Shown here in pieces: positions 11,759-24,003 of a DNA stretch of 64,000 nucleotides. Position numbers and translations under genes: made by a program. Below the pieces are notes generated by a model. The model saw only the letters and a list, made by a program, of their open reading frames with translations. It searched no databases and was not told where the DNA came from. Numbering within the stretch: position 1 is the first letter of the stretch; every line of letters begins with the position of its first letter. The DNA is from Callorhinchus milii (taxonomy: Eukaryota): assembly GCF_018977255.1 (NCBI RefSeq), contig NW_024704744.1:17732001-17796000 (forward strand), in the 5' to 3' direction.

Positions 11759-12385
11759 CAACAACAACAACAACTTGGATTTATATAGCGCCCTCCACGC
11801 CGGACGGCGTCTCAAAGAGCACTTTACAGTTTAGGATCCCGGGACCGAGCCAAGGAGAGGGGTGGGAAGGTGACCAAAGGCACAGTCGAAAAGAAAGGTC
11901 TTCAGCAGAGACCTGAAAATGGGAAGGGAGGGAGCGAGACGAAGGGAGTGAGGAAGGCAGTTCCAGAGCTTCGGGGCGTAGTGGCTGAAGGCACGGCCGC
12001 CGAGGGTGGAGTGGAGGACTCGGGGGACAAGGAGGAGGCCAGACCCGGAGGAACACAGGCAACGGGTACTGTGCTGAGGAGGGAGGTCAGAGAGGTCGGG
12101 GGCTGCAGAGGAGTGCAGGGACTTGAATACGAGGGTGAGGATCTTGAAATCTATCCTCTCTGGGACAGGCAGCCAGTGCAGTCTGGCAAGGACTGGGGTG
12201 ATCGGGGAGCGGAGTTTCGTGCGGGTGAGAATGCGGGCGGCAGAGTTCTGAATGAGTTGAATGGTAGTGGAGGGGATACTGGCGAGGAGGACGTTGGAGT
12301 AGTCCAGCCGGGAGGTGACAAAGGCGTGGACCAGAGTTTCAGCGGCTTTTGGGGAGAGGTATTGGCGGAGACAAGCGATGCAGCA
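11759..12385 (-). mobile_element. L2 LINE 3' end (RT C-terminus, 3'UTR, (TTG)n tail), relatively young
   Basis: ORF 11831-12442 contains AETLVHAFVTSRLDYSN, IQNSAARILT, ITPVLARLHWLPVPERIDFKIL, GGRAFSHYAPKLWN and LKTFLF, typical of L2; tail gcgctatataaatccaag(ttg)n. Confidence 0.95.
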
Positions 12386-13499
12386 GTTTGTACCGAAAAC
12401 AATTCCATCCCTAAAGTGTTTACATTTATTATGGCCAAACAATTCAACAATTACAATTCTTTAAATAATTGTAGCTGAATATTCAGTTTCTTTAACAATT
12501 TACCTCTATCAATTTGTTCTCAGTGAAAATTAATTCCAGAGGGTAATGCTCAATGCACAGCAATATGCTAACTGTCAATTTCTATTTAAAAGTTAATTTG
12601 GAGAAGGTCATGTTTATTAGAAAACAGAAGGGTATTACAAACCCTCAAATAATGTAGAATAAGTAATTATACCAGCCTCCATATAGACATTTTTGAAATA
12701 TCATTTTTTTTTGACAGTGATTCAATGATTAACAATTGACTGGAGAAAACAAGCATTTATTATACCAAATCATCACCACAATTGAAAAATCAGCATCTCT
12801 CCTGCACTTTATCTTATTCTCTCTTTCATTGCTATTCTGTTCATGTGAACTGTGAAATGAAAAACACAAAAATGAAAAAAAAATCTTGGGTTCAGACAAA
12901 GGCAGCTGTTGGAACAATAGCAGTTTGATTTGACAGTGGGGATTTTTGGAACGGACCTCCACAAGTTTTTCCTGAGTATATAAAGCTTTTGAAGCTGCCT
13001 ACAAATGTGTACAGTACTGCAGGATCACACTGCTGATTGTGTACTATCCATGTTCTTTTTATTGTACTCCAGGTGTACTTAAAACGAAAATAACCCTTTC
13101 TTGTTCATTGGTCAAAATATTCCAGTCTCGGGCATGACAACCTAGAAGCAGTAGTCCTAAACCAATAATAAAGTGATGGCAGATGGCAGAAGTCATTCTT
13201 GTGTGGTCCACGCAACTAGCGTACAAAGAAGTCTAAAGCGGGGGCAGCTGAGCAGCTACACTGATAGTGTTGCGCTGACAACAAGAGGTCACAAATATAA
13301 ATAAAACTGAGTTGTCAGTAGAATTTCATTGCCATCAGTGGATGAATTTCACAAGCTCTCAATTCATGCACTAGATGGGAATACCAGACTATCCTATTCT
13401 CTTGAGCGAACAAAAAAAAATATTCTTTAGGACATTACCAGCATACATATTATGATAATTCACCTACAAAATACACAGTCCCTACACTTTACAGTACAC

Positions 13500-13795
13500 C
13501 TCATGCAGGAATGTGCTGCATTATCAGATGTGTTGTCCTTCAGATGAAACATTAAACTAAGATTCTGTCCAGATGGATGTTAGAGATCCCATCATATTTC
13601 GAAAAGAAAAGGAAATCTCTCCCAGTGTCCTGGCCAACAATGCCCCAAAATAAAATTGGTAATTTTCTCTGCCTATTTGTGTGACATTGATGTGCGTAAA
13701 TTGGCTGACGCGCGTTCGCTGACAAAGTATACAGTCACACCTTACAGTATATCCTACAAAGCACTTTGAGGCAATGTGATAAGATGCTCTATTAT
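13500..13795 (+). mobile_element. Old DeuSINE (SacSINE1-like, family B)
   Basis: gtgctgcatt.tcaga.gtg..gtccttcagatga, tcccagtgtcctggccaaca, tgtgcgtaaattggctg, aagcactttgag. Confidence 0.75.
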
Positions 13796-14469
13796 AATCC
13801 AATTTAATTTCCTCCAGTTTCTTCCCTCTGCGGATTTTCAAAATTGCTAAATCTATTTTATAGCTTTACCTTAAAACCTCATTGGGATAGCTATTTATTT
13901 TTCTCCTGAAACCCTTGGCAACCTTCCATGAACCCTAACATTCCCTGATGGAAAATCAGCACTCTCCAGCATTCTCTATTTCCTTGGTCTCTTTTTCCCT
14001 TGGACTCTTTTTGTTAAGCAGTGTAACTTATCTATGTTGGAAACATATCCAAATCCTCAAATTGTAAACATACAAAGCGAAAAGAATCCTGCTTGGTTTA
14101 TTCAGCAACATCCATCCTTTTCTGAAATACATGCAACACTAAAACTAATGCAATAGTTATCATTTTGTAGATGAAAAAGCAGGTAATAAACCCCGTTCTG
14201 GCCAAGGTTTAAAAAAAACTATCCCCATAGGCATTTGAGCAAAGCTGCAAGAGACTATTGTTTAAGGATATCAACTCAATAATTTAATATGTAATATTCC
14301 CTAAGTGAATTGGCATTGTATTTATTGCAAAAAATAAAATTACTTAATTTCAAATAGACATACCCGAGGCTCAAAACGCTTTAAGACCATGGTCTTAAAA
14401 CTTAATAATTTAATTTTGAAAAATTCTTCAATTCAATTTCAATTTGGAAGAAGCCTTTTGTTTATTAAT

Positions 14470-14832
14470 GGAGTTCTGTACCTTAGTGATTAGAGCATCG
14501 CCTCACAAGCGAGGAGCTGAGTTTGATTCCTGATAGGGCGAAATGTTGGACAGGTTTCCTTACTCTAAACGCCTCTGTTTACGTAGCAGTAACTAGGAAC
14601 CCAGTTGTTAGTCGATTGGCAGATAGCTTTTCCGGGGTAATAATTCATTCAAAATAAATAAAAATAATTTGGTCACTCAATCCAAGACTGTTTGTGAGAC
14701 ATTTCTGGGTGCGTTTCACCCACAAAATATACAGTCAATTCACTTTACAGTGTATTCTGTGAAGCGCTTTGAAATGTCTCAAAGACATGATAAGGCTCTA
14801 TATCAAATACAAGGATTACTATTATTATTACT
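14470..14832 (+). mobile_element. SINE family A, older long subfamily
   Basis: Diverged tRNA head plus an extra ~60-bp block (ctctgtttacgtagcagtaactaggaacccagttgttagtcgattgg), Deu domain and (ATT)n tail. Confidence 0.88.
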
Positions 14833-17299
14833 ATTTGAGAACAGTGGTTAAAAACTGCTTCCAAATTGAGACAATTTAAGACATTTACCAATTCTGGTAC
14901 AAGTTTAAGGAAAAGACGGCTGTCTTGGTTTGCTTGCAAACAATGGTGTGTGGAGGAAAGGGTGCAATCTTATAAATATATTGAGGTTGGGAAGGGGGAA
15001 TAATTTTTTATAGTCATGTTTTCATTTGTACAGCCAAGTTTCCCGTTTTGTTTTGTTTTATCCAGAAGTCTTTGCAAACCTCTGGGGGGAAATACAAAAG
15101 CTGTACACTATAGTTGCCAACTGCTCCTACTTCTTAGTCTGTTTTTACTTACATTAGTTGCATCCCATCTGTAATACACTTTGACTATTATAAGACTCTG
15201 CTTCCTCTTCTCTAAACAATAATGTGTTGGAAGTGTGTTGTCAGTAAAATAGCTATTTGCAAATGCAGATATACTCTAAGACCATTTAAGTTACTTGTTA
15301 ATATTGAATTTTCCCTGTGGTGGCTACTGAAAAGGAAGCAACTTTTTCACATACAATCCACATGCACCTCACAACCAATTGTGTGTTTATTTCTCCTCCC
15401 ATATACAGGGAAAGGAACTGGCATCTGATAGGGAATGACTCTTACATTGAATTCTGGTTAGCTGGAAGCATTGTTGCCACAGGACTGCATCCAATAAATT
15501 TATGTTACCTCAAAAAAGCTTTTTAAAAGGCTGCAGGACTAATACAAGCATAAAACCCTGATTCACAGTTCTGTAAAAGTTTGAGGATAATGTGTGGAGT
15601 CTGCCAGCAAGGAATAAATCTTCGACCTCCCATTTCTGGTGGAAGAGGAAATTAAATGCTTAAAAGGTAGCAACATTACATCCAATTTCTCAGTTCATTC
15701 AGCTCGGTGAATATTATTATTATAGCTTGATGAAGTTTGAATGTTCTACAAAATTCAGGCAAGTGCTGCAGTAGATTATACAGAAAGGTGCCTATTTTGA
15801 CAGCTGAGAGAACAGTTTGTACTTGAAACTATCAACAAGAAACTGACCTGTAAACTGACAGTAATTTTAATCTGCAAATAGAGTTCAACAGTTGGTAAAA
15901 AATATAACATCTGGTCTTCCGCTCAGCTTTTTTATGGCAGATGTCCAGGTTTCTCCAGAGGTTACTCTAGCAATGAGAAAGAGGAGTTTTACATACTCCA
16001 TCAACATGCCAGGTACTGCAGGCATTTCCCAATTCTAGCATTAGATATGTTTCCCTTCCTCCGCCACACACAAAAATGGGAAAATAAAATTACAAAAGCT
16101 TATGTAAGTTAATAAAATCATTAATGGGGATAGTGGTTGTCAGACCTTATCCATTTTATCTGTAAGCCCACGTATTTGTGGCAGACTGAGTAATAATGCA
16201 TGATGTACTGCACAATTGGTTATGAATAATGAAAGGCTGTATTCACAAAAATTCACACAATGTGTGGTGTAAGGGCTTCCATGCATGTAGGTCACTATGC
16301 CAAAAAACAGTAAACAGAACTTATGAATGCAGGCGAGCTGTCAAGAAAGAGTCTTGACTTTTTCCTGAACAAGTTACAAGATTAACAAAAAAAGGGCTAT
16401 ATTAACCCTTTGCGCGAGAACGGTTGTAACTACCTCTCCATGTGTATGAGCCACCTCATTATACAGTGGAGTAAAGGTCAAGTCACTTATCCAAAACTGT
16501 TACATTTTTTTCCTATCTGCTAATAGTGCTAGGTTATCAAAAGCTTGAAATGCAGTGTCAGCTAATGACGATGCCATTTTGATGTTCCTCTGCCACAGGG
16601 TCATGTTTGTACAGCTAAACCACCAGAGGCACATCATTTGCAGTGAACAGAAAGCTTGAACATTTGATTGAAGCACAGTCTCAAATGCTAACTCTATATA
16701 ACCATTCTTAAAATTGCTAAACTACAAGGCCACTTACAATTTAAAAAGAGAAATTTCAAATAATTGTAACGTGGCAATATAATTTGAATTTGATATAGCA
16801 CAATAGATAATTCACATCAGTAAAGTAACCAAAAGCAGTCGAAGATAAGTCCCTTATGGTGGATTTTGACAATAAGGAAGGGCAGGATGGATGGACTGTG
16901 GGATAGAGTGCCAGAGTGCCGGGACTGAAAGTTTCACCAGCCAATGGTGAGGTAGATTAGATGGAATCATTAAGCCGACTGGTATTTGCTGAGTGGAGGA
17001 AATGGAGAGAGAAAGAAGTTGTATTAATCCTACCTTAACATGAATCAGTACCTCCAGGAGAGGAGACAAGAAAATTGTGTGAATGTTTGCGTTTGTATTG
17101 GGGGGGGCAGGAAGAGGAGGAAAGAGAAAAGATGTATAATTTGTCAGCACTCTGACATAGCAGTGTTTTGTACTACAGTACAAAGTACTAATCCACAGGT
17201 TCACACCGCAAATCATGAGCTGCCAGCACAGCCAAGTTGTCAAAGGAAGGCAGTGAGTACAGAGGGTATTTATCATAAGAGAAGACAAGTTACACTGGA

Positions 17300-17786
17300 G
17301 TTATCTTGCATGCTGGTCAAGTACTCTGTTCCTCTGTTAGCAGTGGCAGCCATCGAAGAAGGTTGCTTAACCACCATTGGAAGCAGGATTGGAAAAAGGG
17401 GAAGATTTCTTCTTTTGGCAATGGTAGAGAAAAAGAGCAGGGGTGGGGGAGGATTCTTCCCATTTGGCTCGTGTTTACTCTACAAGCCATAATCCTAACG
17501 GGTAAGGGCTGGATAAACAGCGAGAAATTTGCTATGCAGTGCTGTCAATTGCTAGCTATACGGTTTTAAAGGGGTTAAACTGCAGCAATACTCCAATACA
17601 CATTGGGGTCCCCAAGCCTTAGCTTTTGCCAGTCTGTGCCTAATACTTTCTTGAAGAGTGTGCATTCCATTCCAATACATGGGAATTTCTATTGTTAGAT
17701 GACATGCACGGAAATCTGTTTGGTTTGGATACTCTTAAGCATTGGAATTCCCTATGTGTTAAACACCTGACTGACCAAAAAGAAAA
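17300..17786 (+). mobile_element. Family X retroposon copy with A-rich tail
   Basis: ggttaaactgcagca, ggtccccaagcctt and tttggtttggatactcttaagcat; ends ctgactgaccaaaaagaaaa. Confidence 0.8.
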
Positions 17787-18485
17787 GCACAAGGGAGACC
17801 ACTTTAGACTCTAAAAACTTGCTTATTTAAACAAAAATCAGACTAGTTGATGCTGATGTTCCTCGGAAATTTTAAACACAGAATAATTTTAGTGCCCTCC
17901 ACGCTAACAAGACTGTAATGGCCAGATTTTGTGAAGCTCACTCACTCACACGCCAATACTCACGATTCATTTCCCCAGAAGAGTTTGTGTAGTAACACAA
18001 AGTGTTGCTGTGGCCCTGCAGTTATATGCTCATTATTCATGCAACTCCTACAACTCCTATCCCTCCCCCTTCAGTGACAACTACAATTAGCAGACACTGC
18101 TATGAATGTCAATGATTATCCTACAGGTAAGTCTTGTGGAATTCGAGACAACTTACCCACTTCCAGGACAATTTTTCCTCTGTCCAATAGTGGAGCAGTC
18201 AAACTAAAAATCAAGTAGTAAATATGTCAATTGATGCTTGGATCTGATCCATTTTGGCTTTGGCCTGATCCTCAGTCTTTCTCGACACTCCAGTGATCAG
18301 GTAACTAATTAAGCTATCATTATACTTCCAAATAGCTCCATGTTAAATACAGAAGAACCCATTCACAAGGCACCTCTTATACTTGCTGGTTCATTCATAA
18401 GCCAGATGTCTCGTGACCTTGTGGTTGGCTTAAGTGCGTAATACAGACAGCTTTCTGCACGTGTGCTAAACACTTGCCAACTTGC

Positions 18486-18515
18486 AGGTTATCAGGTCAC
18501 TGACCTCACTTCCTG
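18486..18515. promoter_or_regulatory. Candidate nuclear-receptor element: perfect IR1 with overlapping DR2 and adjacent ETS site
   Basis: AGGTTA-tc-AGGTCA-c-TGACCT-CACTTCCTG; E-box CACGTG at 18458-18463; motif match only. Confidence 0.35.
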
Positions 18516-18904
18516 TATGCTGTGCTGGATCCCCACGTCTGCCTTGTAATGGGGTTCCACTATAACACACGGTCAAAAAATAGCTTACCAATTCATGATG
18601 TGCTGATTCTGTTAGGTGAAGTAATTCATTTAAACATCGCTTTCATCGGGGTATACCTCATATACTGAACCCAACTTCTTTCCAGCTTTCATTTAAAATA
18701 GCTGCAATGCTATTGTCAAACCAGCTTTGTGACAAGGAAATGCTCAACCCTTCTCTCTTTACACACTTAAGCATATAAATTAGGCTGTACTTGTAACCTA
18801 AGGCAAATCACACAGGTGTAGCTGAGTTTGGCAGTGCAGACTGGTCTTCCTGGCACTTTGATCTTCAACATCAAATCTAGTAGCTTCTTTTCCAATTTCT
18901 TTCA

Positions 18905-19325
18905 ATTTTACAGTATCTCAAAACACTTTAAAGACTGACTGGGAGATGGGGGAAGGCGTATTCAAGAAGATGGGATTTCGACAGGTTTTTGCACAGGGAG
19001 GTCGGTTGATTTCAGAAGAGAATTCCAAAGAAAAGTGTAAAGTGGCTGAAAGTTTACCCACTAAAAGTAGAGTTTAGTATATGAAGCAGGCCAGTTAGTG
19101 GTGCAGAGGGGGAAGCAGGACTGTAAAAGATTGCTGAGGTATGGTGCAGCCAGGCTTTGGAGTCATTTGAAGGCAAGAACGAGGATCATAGAGTCAATCT
19201 ACTGGGGGATAGGCTTGTAGAGCCCAGTTGAGGAGAGAATGTAGCATGTAGAGATCTGGCTAAACTGGAGCTTATGAAGGGTAGACCTGGGGGTCTGGCA
19301 AATAGGATGTTGGAGAACTCAAGTC
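18905..19325 (-). mobile_element. Old L2 3' fragment
   Basis: Similar to the reverse strand of other L2 copies (aattccaaag...tggctgaaag, aggcaagaacgaggat, aataggatgttggagaactcaagtct). Confidence 0.6.
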
Positions 19326-19732
19326 TGATACTCCTTTTTGACCACCCTCAGGTGTTTTTCTGCTTAGCTGTTGTAACAACGGAAATTGTTAGAATTCAAC
19401 CAAAGTCTAAAAATTACAGGAAAACAACTGCAAGTGTGGTGACACGCTTGTGCTGCAAATATCTTAGTTTATTTTCTACTATAGTTCCAGTTTTAAGAAT
19501 TTATTGTCTGATCACAATTAGCTATTACAATATAAACACATTAACAGGAAGGTGCTTTACCACACACTATGCCGGAAATTGGTCACTGAAAGGTGAATTG
19601 CTACAGCAAAAATGAATGCACTTTGTCTTCATAAACCAGGTCATTAGAAAGCGTGGAATATAATTAGTTGTTTTTATAGTTGTATAGTTATACATTTATA
19701 GAAAGCCTGCTATTAACAGCTAAAATCTAATA

Positions 19733-20130
19733 AACAACAAGATTCCATTTATAGAGCGCCTTTCACGTCAGGAGAACGTCCCAAGGCGCTGGACAGTTGG
19801 GTCAGGACCCGAGCAGGGGGGAAATGGTCAGGGTGAGGGGAGGGAGGGAGGGAGCGAGGAGGGGGTAGAGAGTCGAGAGGGGAGCTGAAGGCACGGTCAA
19901 AGAGAAAGGTCTTGGGACCGGTCTTGAAGGAGGAAAGGGAGGACGCAAGGCAAAGGCACTGGGGGATGGAGTTCCAGAGCCTGTGGGCTGAGAGGCTGAA
20001 GGCCCGGCCACCGATGGTAGGGCGGTTGGGGCGGGGGATGTGGAGCAGACCGGAGCCAGAGGAACGAAGGGTACGGGCAGGTAAGTAGGGGGATAGCAGG
20101 TCAGAGAGGTAGGAGGGAGCAAGGCCGTGG
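19733..20130 (-). mobile_element. L2 LINE 3' end
   Basis: Tail aacaacaag...ttatagagcgcctttcacgtcaggagaacgtccc; minus strand encodes GGRAFS and LWNS motifs with frameshifts. Confidence 0.9.
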
Positions 20131-21615
20131 TAATAAAAGTATCAACACTAATGTAGGTTATAGTATTTGGAACACAAGATGAATTTATGAGCTGGACTGG
20201 GTCTTATCTTAAAATAGGTCAGGAATCCAAACTCCACTTATGAACAATGTCATTTCTTCACGTGATGTTTCCTGGATACTCATTTTTTACTCCTTTACTA
20301 ATAGTGGTTTCTGTAGTTTTGTCCTCCCATAGGTTAAGCATGGTGCAAGTGTGGAACATGCTGACTAGTGCTCAGCTTGAGATACTTTTAATATTTGTCC
20401 AGTTTTACAAAATAGCCATTGAGGGTGCCAGACTGGACTTATTAGGATTCATAGAGAAGGAAGAGTCTCTGGGGGAGGGAGGGAAAGGTCAGCTTCCAGA
20501 CCTCGTTTGGTGTCATATAGATTGTGAAGAAATTAACTCAATGATTATCAGTAAACGAATTGCAAGTTGGTGTACAACTCAAGTAAATCAAATACAGTAA
20601 ATTTAGACTTTATGATTTAGAAACAAAAGTAAAAAATGCTTCAAGTTCAAAACCATTGAGTTTCACACCAATAATGAGACATGAAATGCTTTGTTAGCCA
20701 TTTAAGTGTACTCTTAATGATAGCAGTAGAAAATATGGCTGGACTGAAGTCTTGCTGAGACTTATTTTACTGTTGTGATATCCACTGTAAAATTTGTAAT
20801 GTAAGATTAAATCCACAATATATTTGCACAATATTGTACTTTAATACAATACCAAACACTCTGGGATGCTACCCTGCGTGAGGGTCTATATAAATGCAAG
20901 TTGTTATCGTTGTTAATACTTTAGTAAATAAGAGGAAAACAGCGAGCATTAAACAAGGTACAGCACCAAAGTAAGCTACTATTCTAATTAAACAATCGCT
21001 CCAAATATTGTAGAGCTTTTACAATAGCAATGCGGGTGTGAGAAGAGTATAATCCAACTGGAGCATTCAGATCACATCAAATCTCGGGTAAACCCCACAA
21101 ATACAACCAATATATTCACAAAAAAGCAGTTTACATGCAGATCTGAGAAACAAATGTGATGTAATAAAGCAGATGACAGATTTTAAAGTGCACAACAGGT
21201 TCTGCATGGAGATGATGTACCTGGAAATGCAGGGCACGGGCAACTATAAATTAATGGGTACAATCAACGACAACAACTAGATTACATTTGTATAGTGCCT
21301 TTCACGTCGGAAGGACGTCCCAAGGCGCTGGACAGTATACAGCATTTCAGATACAATCAAAGTTGTAAGATAAAACCCAAACTCAAGATGATTATACAAG
21401 CAAAATAACAAGTATTTAATTTCATCCCGCTGGTTCAGAGAAATCCCAATTGAGTTTTGCTGTTCTCATTACCTTCCATACCATCATTTTTTGTAATGGA
21501 TCTCTGTAACGCACACTAGGGAGAAAAAAAGGGCGTTCTACAAAATAAAATACACTTTCATTTTATGACTAAATGAGAGAATTGTGCTGAAAAACATCCC
21601 TTTTTCCATTTCAAA

Positions 21616-21680
21616 CTAGCTGTACCCGTTGCAGCTACGCTTGCAACCAAAGAATCCAATATGGAACGTAGATTCAGACA

Positions 21681-21713
<33 letters not shown>

Positions 21714-22332
21714 ACAGACAGATCCTTGAAAGGTTTGATTAGGCATCTTTATAATGATAAATATAAAGGTATAATTTATAATTTATATGAATAATTTATA
21801 ATCACTGGGATTTAAGCGCTCTGAGATGCCGTCCGGCGTGGAGGGCGCTATATAAATCCAAGCTGCTGTTGTTGGGTTTCCTCCCAATGTGAAAGGCACT
21901 TTAAAAATGTAATTCTGTTGTTTTTGCCGCAGCTTAGCTTCGTCTGTGTTCATTATTATTATTCCTGGCACCACTTGGCTACGTGCATGCTCTGTGATGC
22001 ACGATGCACAGGGCCGCGGTCAGCCGGCGCGGCCACCAGATGTAACTGCAGTGTGTGCGTACATACGTAGGTGCTCTGTGACGCATGATGCCACAGCGCC
22101 ACTTTGACTCACCAGATGTAACTGCAGTGAAAAACGTAAAACTGAAATACACTTTAGGCCATAACTCATGAACGATAGGAGATACCCGAAACAAACATGC
22201 CCGCGCCACTCCCAGATGCAACACCTTTCAGATGAGGTATAAATCATGTCTTTACGTGAATCGGTCATTGAGATCCTTCTTGAAGCACAAGCAGACAGAC
22301 AGACATTGTCGTTTTATTAGTATGAAGATAGA
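21616..22332 (-). mobile_element. Non-autonomous Helitron (717 bp)
   Basis: Minus strand reads A|TCTATCTTCATACTAATAAAACG...GTTGCAAGCGTAGCTGCAAC (hairpin)-GGGTACAGCTAG|T; no TSD; both ends homologous to 35999-36322. Confidence 0.85.
21677..21722 (+). repeat. (GGCA)n/(GACA)n microsatellite inside the Helitron
   Basis: gacagacaggcaggcaggcaggcaggcaggcaggcagacagacaga. Confidence 0.9.
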
Positions 22333-23679
22333 TATATTCATCCTGTTAGCTATTTTGCACAACACCCTTTAAGGTAATGCAAAATTTATATTGACCTCTA
22401 TTTTATAAAGGCATGTTAACAAGGATGTGCGTCATTTTAGTGGCTTCCTGCTACTGTCACTTTCAATTCCATGACCAGTGACAATAACAGGATTTTGTTC
22501 TCCTGCAAGAGGGAGGGTAAAATATTCATGAGAAAAATATTCAAGAATCATCACTGGTGACAAAATCCCTACAAAGTAAAAAAAATCAGTTACTGTAGTG
22601 TAATCACACCCGATTACACTAATCACTTAGCACTTCCACCCAACTGCTCGACAAACCAGAGAGAAACTAAGTGCACAATATACCTATGTGTGGGGAGGAA
22701 CTGTATGAAACAACAATAAGCAGGAGTTACATACACAACAAGGGTGGGGTGAATTAAAAGACAAACCTTTTAAAGGGTTAAGAGCACATCATAAAACACA
22801 TTTTGAAAATTGCAAATGGCTATTCTTTATAACTGGCCGCGTGTGTCAGTGTATGTGATAAAAGAAAGGGCTAGAATTGTCTGTTTATTAAGGGCCTTCA
22901 CTCCCTGAATACAGGCTTTTGTTGAGAATCTCTAAATCTTTCCTTACTGTGCAAAAATCTCATGATTGAAGAGGTTGTGGGTCTTAGGGAAAGAATACTT
23001 TGCCATTTATCTTTTTCTCTTCTCTAGTTGAGAAAGATTCACCAGGAACCACACAGAATAAATTTATTCTCACCCAATTTACCATCCTTTATTGTCCTCA
23101 AACATTACGGAGACTGCAAATTCACCTTTAGTTCTGGACCAGGTTATTTGCATATGCATCCAAAGTAGATTTGAAATCTCATGATCTGAGATGCATGATG
23201 ACTTGCAAGATGTAAAGCTAACTGGAAATAGCAGGACTGGGACTTCACCAAATCATGGTCACACATAATGATCTTCAAATGAACACATTCATCGGTGGCA
23301 GTGAGTTGAGACTAAGCACTGATACTGCTGTAACAATGGGAATTGGAAGAACAGTCAGTGTCTGCCCTCCTGTCAGCAGAGAAAACAGTGCTTCTCTTAG
23401 CATATTCAACCATCTTAGTTCTACAACTTCCAACAACAGTAACAACCAGATACTTAATTTGTTTCTTTTTGGAATAGTTAATTCAACACAGCAGAAACTG
23501 TTTTTGCTCGTGTTTATACACTGTGGGAGAATTTATTGTGCTCGAGGCTTGTGGATTGAAACATTGCTATAACTCTTAGTCCATGTTACTCACAGTCCAT
23601 GTCAAACAGTCAGTTTGTCTCTGTCTTGCCTCATTTACATAGGGACTGTCCTTGGAACCTAATCAACTGAAAACATTTT

Positions 23680-24003
23680 AATAATAATAATAATCCTTGC
23701 ATTTGATATAGCGCTTTTCACGTCGGGAGGACGTCCCAAAGCGCTTCACAGAACACACTGTAAAGTGAATTGACTGTATATTTGTGGGCGAACGCGGCAG
23801 CCAATTGCGCACAGCAATGTCCCACAAACAGTCATAGATTGAAAATGACCAATTTATTATTGTTTTTGGTTTTGGTTTTGGAGGGATTATTATTAGGTGT
23901 GTGGAGTAAGGAAACTTGCCCAAGGTTTCGTCCTGTGCCTGGAATTGAACTCAGGTCTCTCGCTTGCAAAGCGAGTGCTCTAACCACTGAGCTACAGGAG
24001 TCC
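23680..24003 (-). mobile_element. Young SINE family A, full length
   Basis: Near-identical to 41873-42197; intact A-box, B-box and CTCGC-TTTGCAA-GCGAG anticodon arm. Confidence 0.95.

Noticed and set aside
11870-12478. 202-aa plus-strand ORF
   Set aside because: Antisense shadow of the L2 RT fragment
17040-17492. 150-aa ORF and overlapping 144-aa antisense ORF
   Set aside because: No motif; the plus ORF runs into a family X copy; consistent with chance
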